Source: the human T2T-CHM13v2.0 reference genome, Homo sapiens. Taken from it: 64,000 nucleotides of DNA. The notes under the pieces are model-generated. The model had not been told where the DNA came from, searched no databases, and saw only the letters and a list, made by a program, of their open reading frames with translations. The stretch is from the NCBI RefSeq assembly GCF_009914755.1, contig NC_060928.1; one strand, written 5' to 3'. This document shows positions 26,531 to 40,320 of this stretch, piece by piece. The position numbers were made by a program, and so were the translations under genes. The stretch's first letter is position 1; every line of letters begins with the position of its first letter.

Positions 26531-27000
26531 TCATGTGGAGAGAAACACATAACTATTTTTTTAAGACTTTAGCCTTTCTTTGGTCACCTGGATCTAAGCA
26601 ATCTTGGTCCAATGGCTTTATTTTTCACCAGCGGGTCACTGCATATTCCTTTTGCCACAGAATGTACAATTGCTATGAGCACTGGCTCATGACTTCCCTG
26701 GGTAGTTGGAATCAAGCTTCAAGATGAGTGTATCTAATAGATAACAGTAACTTTCATTGCAACAGTCTCTCACTTATATAAGCTCAGATAAATGTCACTA
26801 GCACCTATTCCAAGTTCCCATAAAAAGGGGAAGCGGCAATAGTAGGCTCTCCTGGTGAACATTCTCAAGTGGATCCAGCTATACCTGACCCCTGCATGTC
26901 TCCCCATAGACATTAGAACCTATCATGCCACAGGCAGCAACAAACTTTCTGCCTGAGATCACAAATGTGTTTCCTGTTTCTTCAAGACCTTTGTTTGACT

Positions 27001-27088
27001 CATTATGATCATCATCATTATCGTCTTTACCATCACCATTATCATCATTAGCAGCAGCAGTAGCAGCAGCAAAACCACCATCACCATT
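27001..27088. repeat. compound degenerate trinucleotide repeat (CAT)n/(CAG)n/(CAC)n
   Basis: CATCATCATTATC...ATCATCATTAGCAGCAGCAGTAGCAGCAGC...ACCACCATCACC. Confidence 0.85.
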
Positions 27089-27244
27089 GGTACACTGTAA
27101 AAAATGTCCTATGCATTGTGAAAAGAATGGAAATATGTGACACTTTGTCTTTATCTTCTAGGTGCTTATATATTAGGTGATAATAACATCATAGTAATAA
27201 GCCTTAACACGCATGACTCTGGTTCAAACCAGCTCGTGGTCCTC

Positions 27245-28425
<1,181 letters not shown>

Positions 28426-29696
28426 AGGAGACAGAAAGAAAAAGAGAAGCCAAATGATGCTAATATAGGGGATTTGTCCCTCATCAATGAACATATATGT
28501 TCTTAGGACTTACATAGTGATACGATTTCCATATTAGACAAAATCTACTTCTTTATATAAATACACTATTTTTTAAAAATACCCAGGGATTAGTATATTT
28601 CCTTTGACATCAGCATTTATTTTATTTCTACAGTACATTATCCACCTGAATTGAAGAAGCAGAACCAGCCAGAAGAGGAAACACTGTAATAAAATTAAGA
28701 TCTGGACTCTAATTCTGTTTTATTTTCTCAACGTATAAACCATGAGTAAATTGTTAATCTTAAAAGAAAATGTTTTTCTTCCATTGTTCCTTTGTAAAGT
28801 GGACATGATCACACCTGTGTTCAGAAGGAACTGATTCAGAGGTATGAGAATAAGACTCACAACTTATTTGTATCTTAGAAGCCCCATAAAGACAAGCCCA
28901 TAGTTTGATGATTTGCAAAGAAAAGAAAAAGTGACTCCAAAACCAAAGGCAGGAAAAGTGACCTTTCTCAAGCCATTCTAGGCTACTGTACTAAGTGACT
29001 TTTTTCACAACATGAAAAGCTGCTTCCTCCTTATGCATAACAGCTTCGGAGGGTATGGCCTTTCCATACGAAGCTTCTTGCCTTGCAAATTAATCAATGG
29101 TCCATGTGGCAGAGCCTGTAGACAGAGAAGAGGGTTCCTAGGGAGCATCACAGCTGCCTGCCCTGAGAAATGTTGCCTGATACTGGGTGAAGAGCTGGTG
29201 ATTAGAAGGAGTGTTTTGTAATTGGTGACCGCCATAGGCTAAGAACTACACCCAATACTCATTTTCTTGTGACACATATGTCACATATGTCATGTGGGGG
29301 AAGAAACAGCTTATTTTAGACTGATCCTGAATTTCTCACTAAACCTAGTGAATGAAACTGACATGATAAAATATAACATAAAAAATTAATCAATTAAGTT
29401 AATTAAATCATAAAATAGTGCTTTATTTGTGCTGGGCTGTCTTCTAAACATAGGAGGTTCAAGGGGATACAATGTTAAACAAAACACACACAGACCCTGT
29501 CCACATGGAATTTATTAGCTAATGGCAATTTCTCAAATCATTTTCATCCAGTAGCCAAAATCCCCCAAATCCTGAATTCATCATTATATATTTTCAAATC
29601 AATGATAAGCTTTTTAAACCTAATATTTTCAGTGATTACTTTGTTAATTTTTTCTCAAATAATTCAAATTTTTCACTTAGATTACAAGACTCTCCA

Positions 29697-29768
29697 TTAT
29701 CTATTCTTTCATTATACTCTTTATCTATTCTTTCATTATACTCTTTATTCTTTCATTATACTCTTTAT
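29697..29768. repeat. tandem repeat: 24-bp unit x2 plus a 20-bp variant
   Basis: TTATCTATTCTTTCATTATACTCT twice, then TTATTCTTTCATTATACTCT. Confidence 0.92.
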
Positions 29769-30033
29769 TTCTAAAACCTTAACCATCACTTCAAAAAAAC
29801 TGGCTTCCATCCACAGTATTTTCATCTTACTTGAGCAAGCAGTTCTGTGATACCTTTGGTTAATTTATCACCTTCCATAAATACTGAACTTATTTCAATC
29901 AGCCAGCAGTTATCAAAATCGTCTACTGAAAACAATCCTTTATGGAAGATTCTCTGTGAGACCCAATCTCAATTTTTCAAATGTTTATGTTTATTTGTTG
30001 GCATTTAAAAAAGAATAAAAGGGCTCAAATTTC

Positions 30034-30484
30034 TGTGATAGATTGTTGTAGTAATGACCCCCAATTTATTCATGCTGCCCTCTAGCTATATCTTTAGGGA
30101 GAATCTTCCCACAGGGACTCTGGACTTCATAAGTAACTTTCTTTGGCCAGTGGGAGAGCAGCAAGAGTGATATAAGCATACATACGAAAAGAGATGTCTC
30201 TTTACTGTTTGCTTTACCTGGTAAACAAGATGTGGCTATTCTGCTGGGAAGTAAGAAGGCAGAAGCAGTAATATTCAGCACCCTCCTGCAGCTAACTCTC
30301 AGCTAGTCCCAGTTTACCTGGCAACCACTCACAAAGCCAAGATTGAGATCCAGCCAAGATCAGCTGAGCCTGGCTGAAATCAACAGAACTACCCTGCTGA
30401 GTACAGGGTGAGCTAAATAAATGGTTGTTTTCACAAACCACTAAATTTTGGGGTGATTTATTCTGTAACAAAAGCTAACCCATA
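30034..30484 (+). mobile_element. Old MLT1 (F/G/H-like) MaLR LTR
   Basis: Starts TGTGATAGATTG and ends AATAAATGGTTGTTTT...CCACTAAATTTTGGGGTG...GCTAAC. Confidence 0.7.
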
Positions 30485-31391
30485 AAGTATCCAAGAGTTT
30501 TAAGTGTGCAGGTAAGAGTCTATGATGCTGGTGATTCAAAATATTCTTCAGGAAATAAAATTACTACCAGGTAAACCATTTCTAGAAGCTTGAAGCTTCA
30601 AATATAATCTGATATAGTTCAGATTATGATAAAGTAAGATTTGAATATTTTATTGCATATATTATTTTTTATAAAACACATTCTGAAGAAAATTTTTACA
30701 AATTTAACCTTTTATGTCTTTGTAAAGTTTTATAGGTCAGATACAAAAGGCATTTAAAAATAGTTTTTCTCATAATTTTTCATAGTTTTAAAAAATACAA
30801 AGTCATTTTAAATAATGTTTAGTTTACAGTTTAGGGGATTTTTAAAATATTTCATATTAGATCTGTCCCATGACTCTGTATAAAGAAGGTTTTTTTGTCA
30901 TTCAGAAGAGTCTTAAAAAAAGCTTTGAAGTAAATTTTAGGGCAAATTCATTTCTTACATCTTCCATATAAATCTCAAAGAAACAATAGTTTTGTTTTAG
31001 TTTTATATTTTAGGCACTAAGAAAAATAATCTTTAAACAACTTCTCAAGTCTCAAAAATATCTTAATATATACAGGAAACTAAAAATAACTAGCTAATAA
31101 ATGGTGACTGTTTTGTGTTTCAGACACTCTCTAATGAGTTTTTTAAGTATACACAAAGCATATAACATGTAAACAGATGTGCAATAAATGGCCATTTAGA
31201 ACAAAATACTATATTGCAGCATATATTTAACGTAAAATCTTGTGTTTTTGCTTATTATCAAATGAATTTTATCAAATTATTTATTATTGATATTCAGTGA
31301 TGCATAATTTCTTTCTTGAGTTTTGTTTTTTAAAATTAATATATTTCAAAGAATATAAAGGAATACATTTTATTTAAAGAATAAATACATT

Positions 31392-31703
<312 letters not shown>

Positions 31704-32334
31704 TCACTAGACCTAAGTGTCATTGAAAATTTTTGGCTGTCTGACATAATTTTTTAAATCTACATGAGTTTTCATGGGACTATATTATGAAAATCGTGTT
31801 TTTAAGCAATTGTTTTCCTTTTACTATATTGCTTTCCTTAAAACTTTTCTTAAAACTTGTTTTCAGTCAACAAATACTCTTTACAGATTTTGCATGAAAA
31901 TAGTTTGATTGCATAACACTGAAACGCAGGGTTACACTAATAGCACTGGGTAAAGATAAATACCAGAACCAATCCCATAGTATTTTTAGGTGGTATATCT
32001 TCCTTTGGAAAGGTATCGAAGAGATTTTCTTAGAGAAACTCATATAGACTATGTTCTCATAGACTATAGTTATAAATGGATTTTGCGCATAATCTTTAAA
32101 AACTATTGCTACAAAGTTAAATGTAGAGATTGTTCATTAGATGGTTCGTGGGAAGAACTTAAAATTCATTTCTATCTTGTAAGAATTTTCAGTTTAGAAT
32201 ACATTGACTTTCAATTGAAAATAAAAGTAAGATTATATATATATCAAATAAGTGAACAAAATGGAAATACTAACATACTTATATTTAACATATCTTGACA
32301 GACTCTTCTTTACTTGGCCATAAAAGTCACAGCT

Positions 32335-32520
32335 AACAGTCAAATATTTATTCTGTGCCATACCCTGTGCTAAGCGCTTCATCTTTTTTATTTATCCAAG
32401 AAAATTAATTAACTTCATTCTATCTTTCTCATTTTATAGCTTGGTGCTGAAGGTAACAAAGCTATCTGTGTTTGATCAAGATTCAAACCCTCAATGTCTG
32501 AGAAAAGCATCATATTCTTT
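32335..32520 (-). mobile_element. MIR fragment(s)
   Basis: TGTGCCA..CCCTGTGCTAAGCGCTT, CTCATTTTATAG and GATTCAAACCC. Confidence 0.6.
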
Positions 32521-34117
32521 ATCCAAGTGGACTTTGTATAGATGCAACAAAATATTCATTCAAATATTTTCTAAAGTGCCAGGTCGCTTGAAGTTTACTT
32601 ATACTACTATAGATTTTAAGCTGCATTTCACTGTAGATAATGCAAAGACAATTAAAAGAACAGACAATAAGCAGATAAAGAGGCATTATTTTATTACTAT
32701 GAAAGTTAATATGTCATTTGTCACTGAAATAGACATGTCTTTAATTTGCTTGGCAAAAGAGTGAGTATAAGGTCTGAATGTTTAATCTCCCTAAAGTGTT
32801 CATCACATTGCAACAGATTTAATCTATTCTCCATCCAGAAAGACCACCTACAAACAAAGCAATTACAATTTGTTGTTTTACAGATAATAAAATAATTAGG
32901 TATGCCAAGCATAGGAAAGTATGTAATTTTACTGCCGTTTGTAAAAGATGATTAGAAGGAATGCTCCACGGGCACTTCAGAATTAATTGAGAGGAACCAG
33001 GTACAGATTTGATTACTGGTAATGCTTTTTGGAAGAATCAGGAATTTAGAAGCTATTAATAATGATTGTAAAGATAAAGTTGGAGAAAGACGTGTTACAG
33101 ATGGGAAAAAGTTATTGTTTTGCAGGGAAGAGTACAGAATCACCCTTTATGATGCTTTGAAATTCAGTCTATCTTTGGTTTGGTATAGAAATTTGCAGAA
33201 AATAAGTAACTAAAGATACATCATAAGCAGGTTAACAAATAATGATGAAACTGAAAAAACATTTATAATGCTAATATTATAACAACAACAATTATTAATA
33301 TGGAGAAAACTACCAAAAGAGGCTGAAATATAAGGAGACATCTTTTTTGGCTTATTTTGTTTTTGTGTAATGACCTGAACAAATTCTCTTTGTAATTTAA
33401 GTAGAAATAAAAGCTTTAAAACCCTCTGAGGATATTTTAGTAGAATCCTTCAATGTCCTCCAAAATCCATTCTTTATAGGCAGTAACAGTATTAAAAAAA
33501 ATCAGTTTTCTAGCTTGAAATACCTATGGTAATACTGTGGATTATTTTTAGTCAATTCTAACTGATGTTATTTTTGAGAACATAAAAGAAGTTTATTGTG
33601 TGATAAAATTGGAAACCACAAGATATGTATTATGTCAGAAAGTGATGGCAGATAAATGTCTGATAAGAATATCTATTATAAAGGGAGATGGAACTGAAAT
33701 ATAATAGACAAGAGCCATTTAAGAAAATAAATTACATCTTATTCAACATTTTTGTGGTCTACCTCTTTGCCTCAGATATTATATGCTCTATTTCTGTTCA
33801 TAAAATGTTATTTAATGCAGTATAAAGGTTCTCATCTACCATTCTATATTTTTTTGCATCACAGCACAATATTATCTGAAGACTGCCTGCTGATAGGAGA
33901 GCATGTTCATTCAATTTTTTAAGCAATATTATTTTCTTTCGGAGATATGCATAAAGAAGACAAAGATTTAGAGTGTGATACATTAGTTCACTTTCTGACA
34001 AGGATGACACAATCTAAAAGCTATTGCAGATGATAGATTATGACCTACATTGTGACTCTTACCTAAACCTTACAGTGAACTGGTCAGCTTTTACCAACAG
34101 AACATGAAAGTTACCAT

Positions 34118-34735
34118 TGTTGGAACTTGGTGCATGAAACCCCAAAGCATGACACCTTGGCATGCTGAGTATCTTACACTGAAGGAAACTGAAAAGACCT
34201 CAGAAGTGAGGTCCTGTTGACCTCGCTTCTTTAATACCCCAAAATAAAGGCCTCACAAGCAGCCTCAATAGCAGCCTTAGTAGCACAGTTTTCACTGACC
34301 TTCTGCCTTTCTGTCTCTCCGCCTCATTCTTCCTCAAGTCAAAGTGGAGAAACTAGACTCTAAGGGAGACTATAGAAATCAGAACCCCTATCCCCCAAAG
34401 CCAGCTATAAAACGCAAAAATATTACTCTATTTTTCCCCTTCCTTTCTGTGTAAGGAAGGCCCATCCCAGAGGGTCTGGCCTTATACCCGGAAAGAAAGA
34501 ATGCTGCACAGAGGCCAAGGAGAATCTGAACAGACACATCTTGCTAGGTTTCCCCCTTTAGTCTATTCCTATCCCATCACAGTTCTACATGGCTGTCCAT
34601 TCTTCATCAAATCTAAGCATAAATTTGGACAGTTTTCCTGTCTCCATTGGGTCTCCATTCTGGAGGCTTTCATTTCATGTAAAACTTTGATTACATACAT
34701 TTGTTGTGCTTTACTTCTGTTAATCTTCCTTTAAT
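34118..34735 (+). mobile_element. MER4-group ERV1 LTR (LTR54/MER4E-like), 3' end missing
   Basis: TGTTGG...ACCCCAAAGCATG..ACCTTGGCATGCTGAGTA...CCCCCAAAGCCAGCTATAAAAC...GAATCTGAACAGACA. Confidence 0.7.
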
Positions 34736-34787
34736 CCAGTGGGATTGGTATGTAGTTATAATAATTCTAGAAATATATATCTGAAAA

Positions 34788-35892
34788 TATCAGGGGAACC
34801 AGCCTCCAATATTTCAACGTAGGTTCTTTCTATTTTCCCTAAGTGTCAGTTGGTCTGAGAAATAAAGAGAAAGAGTACAAAGAGAGAAATTTACAGCTGG
34901 GCCTCCGGGGGTGCCATCACATGTTGGTAGGACTGTGATGGTGACCTGGAGCTGCAAAACCATCAAGTTTTTATTAGGGATTTCAAAAGCGGAGGAGTGT
35001 ACGAATAGGGAGTGGGTCACAGAGATCACATGCTTCAAAGGGCAATAAAAGATCACAAGGCAAAAGGGCAGAGCAGGATCACAAGGCAAGGGTGAAATTA
35101 GAATTACTGATGAGGGTCCATGTCCCGCTGGGCACGCATTGTCTTGATAAACATTTTAACAGGAAGCAGGGTTCGAGAGCAGACAACCGGTCTGACTAGA
35201 ATTCACCAGGCTGAAATTTCCTAATCCTAGTAAGCCTGAGGGCACTGCAGGAGACCAGGGCATATTTCATCCCTTCTCTCAACTGCATAAGACAGACACT
35301 CCCAGAGTGGTCAACTACAGGCCTACCCCTGGGAATGCATTCCTTCCCCAGGGTTATCAATTGTTAATATTCCTTGCTGGGAAAAGAATTCAGCAATATT
35401 TCTCTTACACATCCGTTTATAGGCTCCCTGCAAGAAGAAAAATATGGTTCTATTCTGCCCGACCCCACAGGCAGTCAGACCTTATGGTTATCTTTCCTTG
35501 TTCCCTGAAAATCGCTGTCATTCTGTTCTTTCTCAGGGTGCCCTGATTTCATATTGTTCAAATATACATGTTTTACAAACAATTTGTACAGTTAACACAA
35601 TCATCACAGGGTCGTGAGGTAACATACATCCTCAGCTTACCAAGATGATGGGATTAAGAGATTGAAGTAAAGACAAGCACTGGAAATTATAAGAGTATTG
35701 ATTGGGGAAGTGATGAATGTCCAAGAAATCTTCATAATTTATGTTCAGAGATTGCAATAAAGACAGGCATAAAAAATCATAAAAGTATTAATTTGGGGAA
35801 CGAATAATTGTCCGTGAAATCTTCACAATTTATGTTCTTCTGCCGTGGCTTCAGCCAGTCCCTCCATTCTGGGTCCTTGACTTCCGGCAACA
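34788..35892 (-). mobile_element. MER11 (HERV-K11/HML-8) solo LTR, full length ~1.1 kb
   Basis: The reverse complement starts TGTTGCCGGAAGTCAAGGACCC...GGCAGAAGAACATAAATTGTGAAGATTTC. It has an internal ~90-bp duplication, a minus-strand AATAAA at ~34971-34976, and a 6-bp TSD TGAAAA/TGAGAA. Confidence 0.93.
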
Positions 35893-37756
35893 TGAGAAAT
35901 TCTGGAATAAATGTTAACTAACCATCTGATTCAAGTTTCCTAGCATTAATTTTGTTAGTTGTAAGGTAACTTGTTGTCATTCTTTCAAATTCAGCTAAAA
36001 GGCAGATTTTTAACTAGATGTCATATCCTCATCCCTCAAAATTAGATACAACTACTTTTACATATTCTCATAATCCCTCATGATTGCTCGTAACTTAGAA
36101 TTTGTCAACTAGTATTGTTGTCGCCTGTTTACTTGCCTTTCTTCCCTACTAGACTGTATCTCTTGAAAGGACTTTGCCTGTCACAATTGTAAAATGAAAG
36201 AAAGAGTAAATGCAGAAAAATGTATAGAACAGGAAGAAGAGCGATGAAAATAGTGATGCATATGAAGAAGAGAAAAGAATCAAATCCTATTTCTTAAAAT
36301 ACCTAAAGAAAAGATGGGGAAAACTAAAATTAACAATTTGCACACAGCTATTTATAAAGGATAAGTGTTTGGAGAAAAAAATATACAATGTTAGTAAAGC
36401 AGCTGTAAAGAAGAATGGAGTTGGTGATGGTTGATGGTTCACAGAAAAGTCATGATCATTATGCAGATGATTGGGGTGAAAAAGAAGAAATTTAAGGAAT
36501 AGCATTACATTTAGGGTAGAAACTTCCCTCTATCAGTATTTTTTATGACAGCTTAAACGTTTCTTTAGTCTTACAAAAATATAAAGTTTGTTAAGTATAG
36601 TAAACTCGTTCATACTAGGAGATCTTGGGTAATTAAACTCACGTTTGTGACTACAATATGGATTAATATAGAGACAATATATAAGATCATTTAATCCAAA
36701 AATCAGAAAGTAAGACATCTCAACAGCCTATTTAAATTAATAAAACCTGGGAAAACAGTCTTTCTATGTGATGTTATTAGCACACTTTTATATATTTGCT
36801 TGTTGTATCTTCTTGGTTTACTTTATGCAGATATGTATCAATGATTTCATATAGATGTGACTTATTCATTCATTTATCTGTTTTAGTAAAATTAGATTAT
36901 TTTCCTTGGCTTTTTTTTTCCCTGTTCAAATAAGAACAGGGAGAGAGAAATGTTCCCAAGGCCACCAACTATATCTAATGGGAAGTACTACCATCTTGTT
37001 AATGAGTGTGTCAAACATGTCCCTATAAGATGTCCCTGATCTACCAAGAAAAGGCCGTAAGAAAGAGGAAACTAATTTTCTTACTAGCCTACAGCAGATG
37101 GGGTTTGGAATGACAGGTAATAATGAAAAACAAGAAATTTGAAAATGCACATAACCTCCCTTAAATCTGTTATTATTTCTTTATTTTCATGGTAATTACC
37201 TCTCTGTAATCCTTTTCTTAGGAGAAATTTGCAAATTAGTATGCTACTTATATACATTTAAAACCATACATAAATTTTTACGCCTCAAAGTTACCTAACA
37301 AACACAAACTCGGTTGTGTCTCTTAGATCAAGAAATTTATTTAATTAACAAGTCATCATTACTCTTTTCTGCTAATATACATTTAATGAAAAGAGCAACT
37401 TTCATTTTCAGATTTTTTTTGCTAAGAATTCATTTCCTGTTGCATTATCTAAAAGAGGAATCAGGTGTAATTTTTCTAATAAGATGATGGTCACCCAAGG
37501 ACCAGCAGTATCTTCTGTTCTTTTTGACCTTTAGATTCATTCAAGTCTGCAGTCTTCTGATGTCGTGGTTGAAAAACAGCTTTTATTTATTTGAACCAGA
37601 TAAGAAAACATCAGAAATGACCTCAATATGCTCTCATCTTTGAGAAAAAAATATTTTATATCATGACAAACTTGTCTTGTCTGCAAAAGCTCAACAAGGC
37701 AAAAATATGAGTTCTGCCTTGTGAACCTATTTTATATACAAATATGAGCCAATATG

Positions 37757-37985
37757 AGGCAGTGCAATATAAAGGTTAAGAGCATAGACTATGAGCAGAC
37801 ACCCTTGGTTTGACTACTAGCTGTGTGATCTTAGGCAAGTTATTTATCATCCTCTCTCCCTCCTTTTTTTTTTTCACCTGCTTTTTAGAGTTGTTATGAT
37901 GATTAAGTTAGTACACACTGAATGAGTTAATTTTTGGAAGAATGCCTGGCACATGATAAGCTCTCAGTAAGTGTTTGCTGATATT
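37757..37985 (+). mobile_element. MIR SINE
   Basis: GGTTAAGAGCATAGACT...ACTAGCTGTGTGATCTTAGGCAAGTTA...TGCCTGGCACAT. Confidence 0.85.
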
Positions 37986-37999
37986 TAATTCAATATTGT

Positions 38000-38130
38000 C
38001 TTTTTAAATGTTTAAATTTACCAATAATAAATGTTCATATTCATGGGGTGCATAGTAATATTTCAATACATATAGTGTATAGTGATCAAATCAGGGTAAT
38101 TAGCATATCCATCATCTCTAACATTTATAA
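38000..38130 (-). mobile_element. L1MA (L1MA3-like) extreme 3' end
   Basis: ATTCATGGGGTGCATAG...GTGATCAAATCAGGGTAATTAGCATATCCATCATCTC. Confidence 0.85.
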
Positions 38131-38493
38131 TACAAGTAATGATAGGTGACCTTTAACCTTTAAAACTCCTGGTGGTTGGTGGACTTCAGGTGCTGACAAA
38201 TGACTGATTCTTTTTCATTATTCCATCTTCTCCTTGTTTAATAGATAATATCAATTGAAAGTCAGTGGACAGAAAACCCATCTTGTAATGGTTTGTCTTT
38301 CTGAAACAACTGGATTACAATGATTCTTCAGCACTGGTCAGACAAACATAGGAATATTAATTACTATTCTTTGTGTGCTCGATTTTAAACATTAATATTT
38401 TCAACTTGTTTACATGGACAGTTTTGGGAGATATAAAGCAAGTAATAAGCTTATAGATTTCAGTTGAGTTAATTCTGAGGAATTATATAAATA

Positions 38494-38946
38494 CATGTTT
38501 GCATATGTGGGTGTGACTGTATGTAAGACACTCTTGAGATGGTAACAAGCATAGCTAACCTGTAGCAAATCATCCCCAAATGCCAAATTCCTCAGGGAAA
38601 GGATGCTTTTTTTCCATGTAAATCCCTATTTGCTCATGGAATTTCCAAGGAAGACTATTCTAGGGTCTGTTTGGGGAAACTCACATTCATATATTTTGGG
38701 TTTCCAATTTAAAATCTCCATGTTTGCATATGTGGACGTGCCTGTATGTAAGGTACTCCTGAGATGGTCAAGGATAGTTAAGCTGCAATAAATCATCCCC
38801 AAATGCTAAATTCCTCAGAGAAAGGATTTTTTTTCTCCATGTAAATCCCTCTTTGTTCACGGTCTGGAATTTCCAAGGAAGACTATTCTAGGGTCTGTTT
38901 GGAGAAACTCACATTCATATATCATGGGTTTCCAATTTAAAATCTC
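38494..38946. repeat. head-to-tail tandem duplication (225 bp + 228 bp) of apparently non-TE DNA
   Basis: Copy 1 (38494-38718) and copy 2 (38719-38946) both start CATGTTTGCATATGTGG and end GGGTTTCCAATTTAAAATCTC. Confidence 0.95.
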
Positions 38947-39649
38947 CAGAAACAAGATCTTCTAACTTGAGAAGACAGTTGAACAGCATCTGCACTTAAT
39001 TTTTTGTTCAGCTTCTATAATAGACAAAGCCTAAGACAAGACCACAAGGGCATACCACTCAAGGATAAAAGTAAGAGATGAGTTAAAAGGGTTGAAAAGA
39101 TGGAATTTGGGAGTGGGGTCAAATACAATTTATTTGGCTCATTCAAGCTTCATTCTTTCCCTTTCTTCCATTTCTGATGTCAGGAAGTACCTATAACACA
39201 ATCATAATCTTACACTGTTTTGTACTCCTTAATAAAATATCATAGATACTGTCCTTACTTCTTCAATCATATAAGCTGCTGGTCTTATACCTGTAATCTA
39301 TCCTGAACAGTTAAATCCTAGTAGGCACTCAAGAAATAAATATGGCTTGGTTCTTTATGCAGGCTTGGATTTTGCTAATATGGTTCTACAATAAACGCAT
39401 ATATTTCCTTTTACTTACTTCTAAATCTTATTAATCCCTTGACTTCTAAAATACGTTTAGAGCAAATACTAAATAACTGATTCCACCTCTTGCTACATTC
39501 CCATATATCAACCTTATACATTACTCTTAGGAACAAAGCTATCAGTGAAATCCCCTGAACCTAGGAGGTAGTAAGGAGAGTTTACATCACCTAAGCACAT
39601 TATTTCCAAAGGTGTATAGAAGCCTAGTATTTTAAAGGATCCATAAATA

Positions 39650-39875
39650 TTATTTATTTAATAAATTCTTACAGAGGCCTTACTATGTAGCAATAAGTTC
39701 TAAGTATGCTACTGATGATAACTTATTTATTCGTCATGACAACTTTATTATTAGTGTTATTCTTCTTATTTCATTAATGAGGAAAACAAAGCATAGATTA
39801 AGCACCTTTCCTAAGTCATTGGTAAAGTTAAGCATTCAAACCTGGCCAGTTTGACTCAGGCCTATGCTCTATGGC
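39650..39875 (-). mobile_element. MIR SINE
   Basis: TTACTATGT...ATGAGGAAAAC...CCTAAGTCA...ATTCAAACCTGG.CAGTTTGACTC. Confidence 0.65.
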
Positions 39876-40131
39876 AGGGCACTGTGTTGATTCTCCATCA
39901 GCCAGTAGTAGAAGTGCAGTGCTTTGAAAGAATTATGGTGATCAACTAATTTGACCATTGGTCCTGGTCATTCTTTATTGTTATTATATAATTAATCACT
40001 TTCAAAGAAATGTGCATTTATTTGAATAAGATTAACATCCATCTTTATCTTATTGAATAATGAGTGTTTGACCTAGCACATGGCAAATGGTTGGTGTTCT
40101 ATAAACATGCATTAATTAAATGAATAAATAA

Positions 40132-40320
40132 ACTCCAAATCCTGGCATACTTAAGTCCTGCAGTCAGCCCTGGGCAACCTATGTATAGGAAAAGTCCTTG
40201 CTCCCTATACGTGGGACTTCATCCCACAAATACTGTATTTTCTATCTGTATTTGCAGAAAAAAATTTGCCTATAAATAGACCAGCTCAATTCAAACCTGC
40301 ATCATTCGAGGGTCAACGTA
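40132..40320 (+). mobile_element. MER8 (TcMar-Tigger) non-autonomous DNA transposon, 3' part
   Basis: CAGTCAGCCCTG...AATACTGTATTTTC...TTCAAACC...AGGGTCAAC-GTA. Confidence 0.8.

Noticed and set aside
29697-29768. Short direct repeats as a CRISPR-like array
   Set aside because: There are no unique spacers and no cas genes, and the context is eukaryotic.
35668-35838. ~90-bp direct repeat
   Set aside because: As I recall it, this is an intrinsic feature of the MER11 LTR consensus rather than a new duplication.
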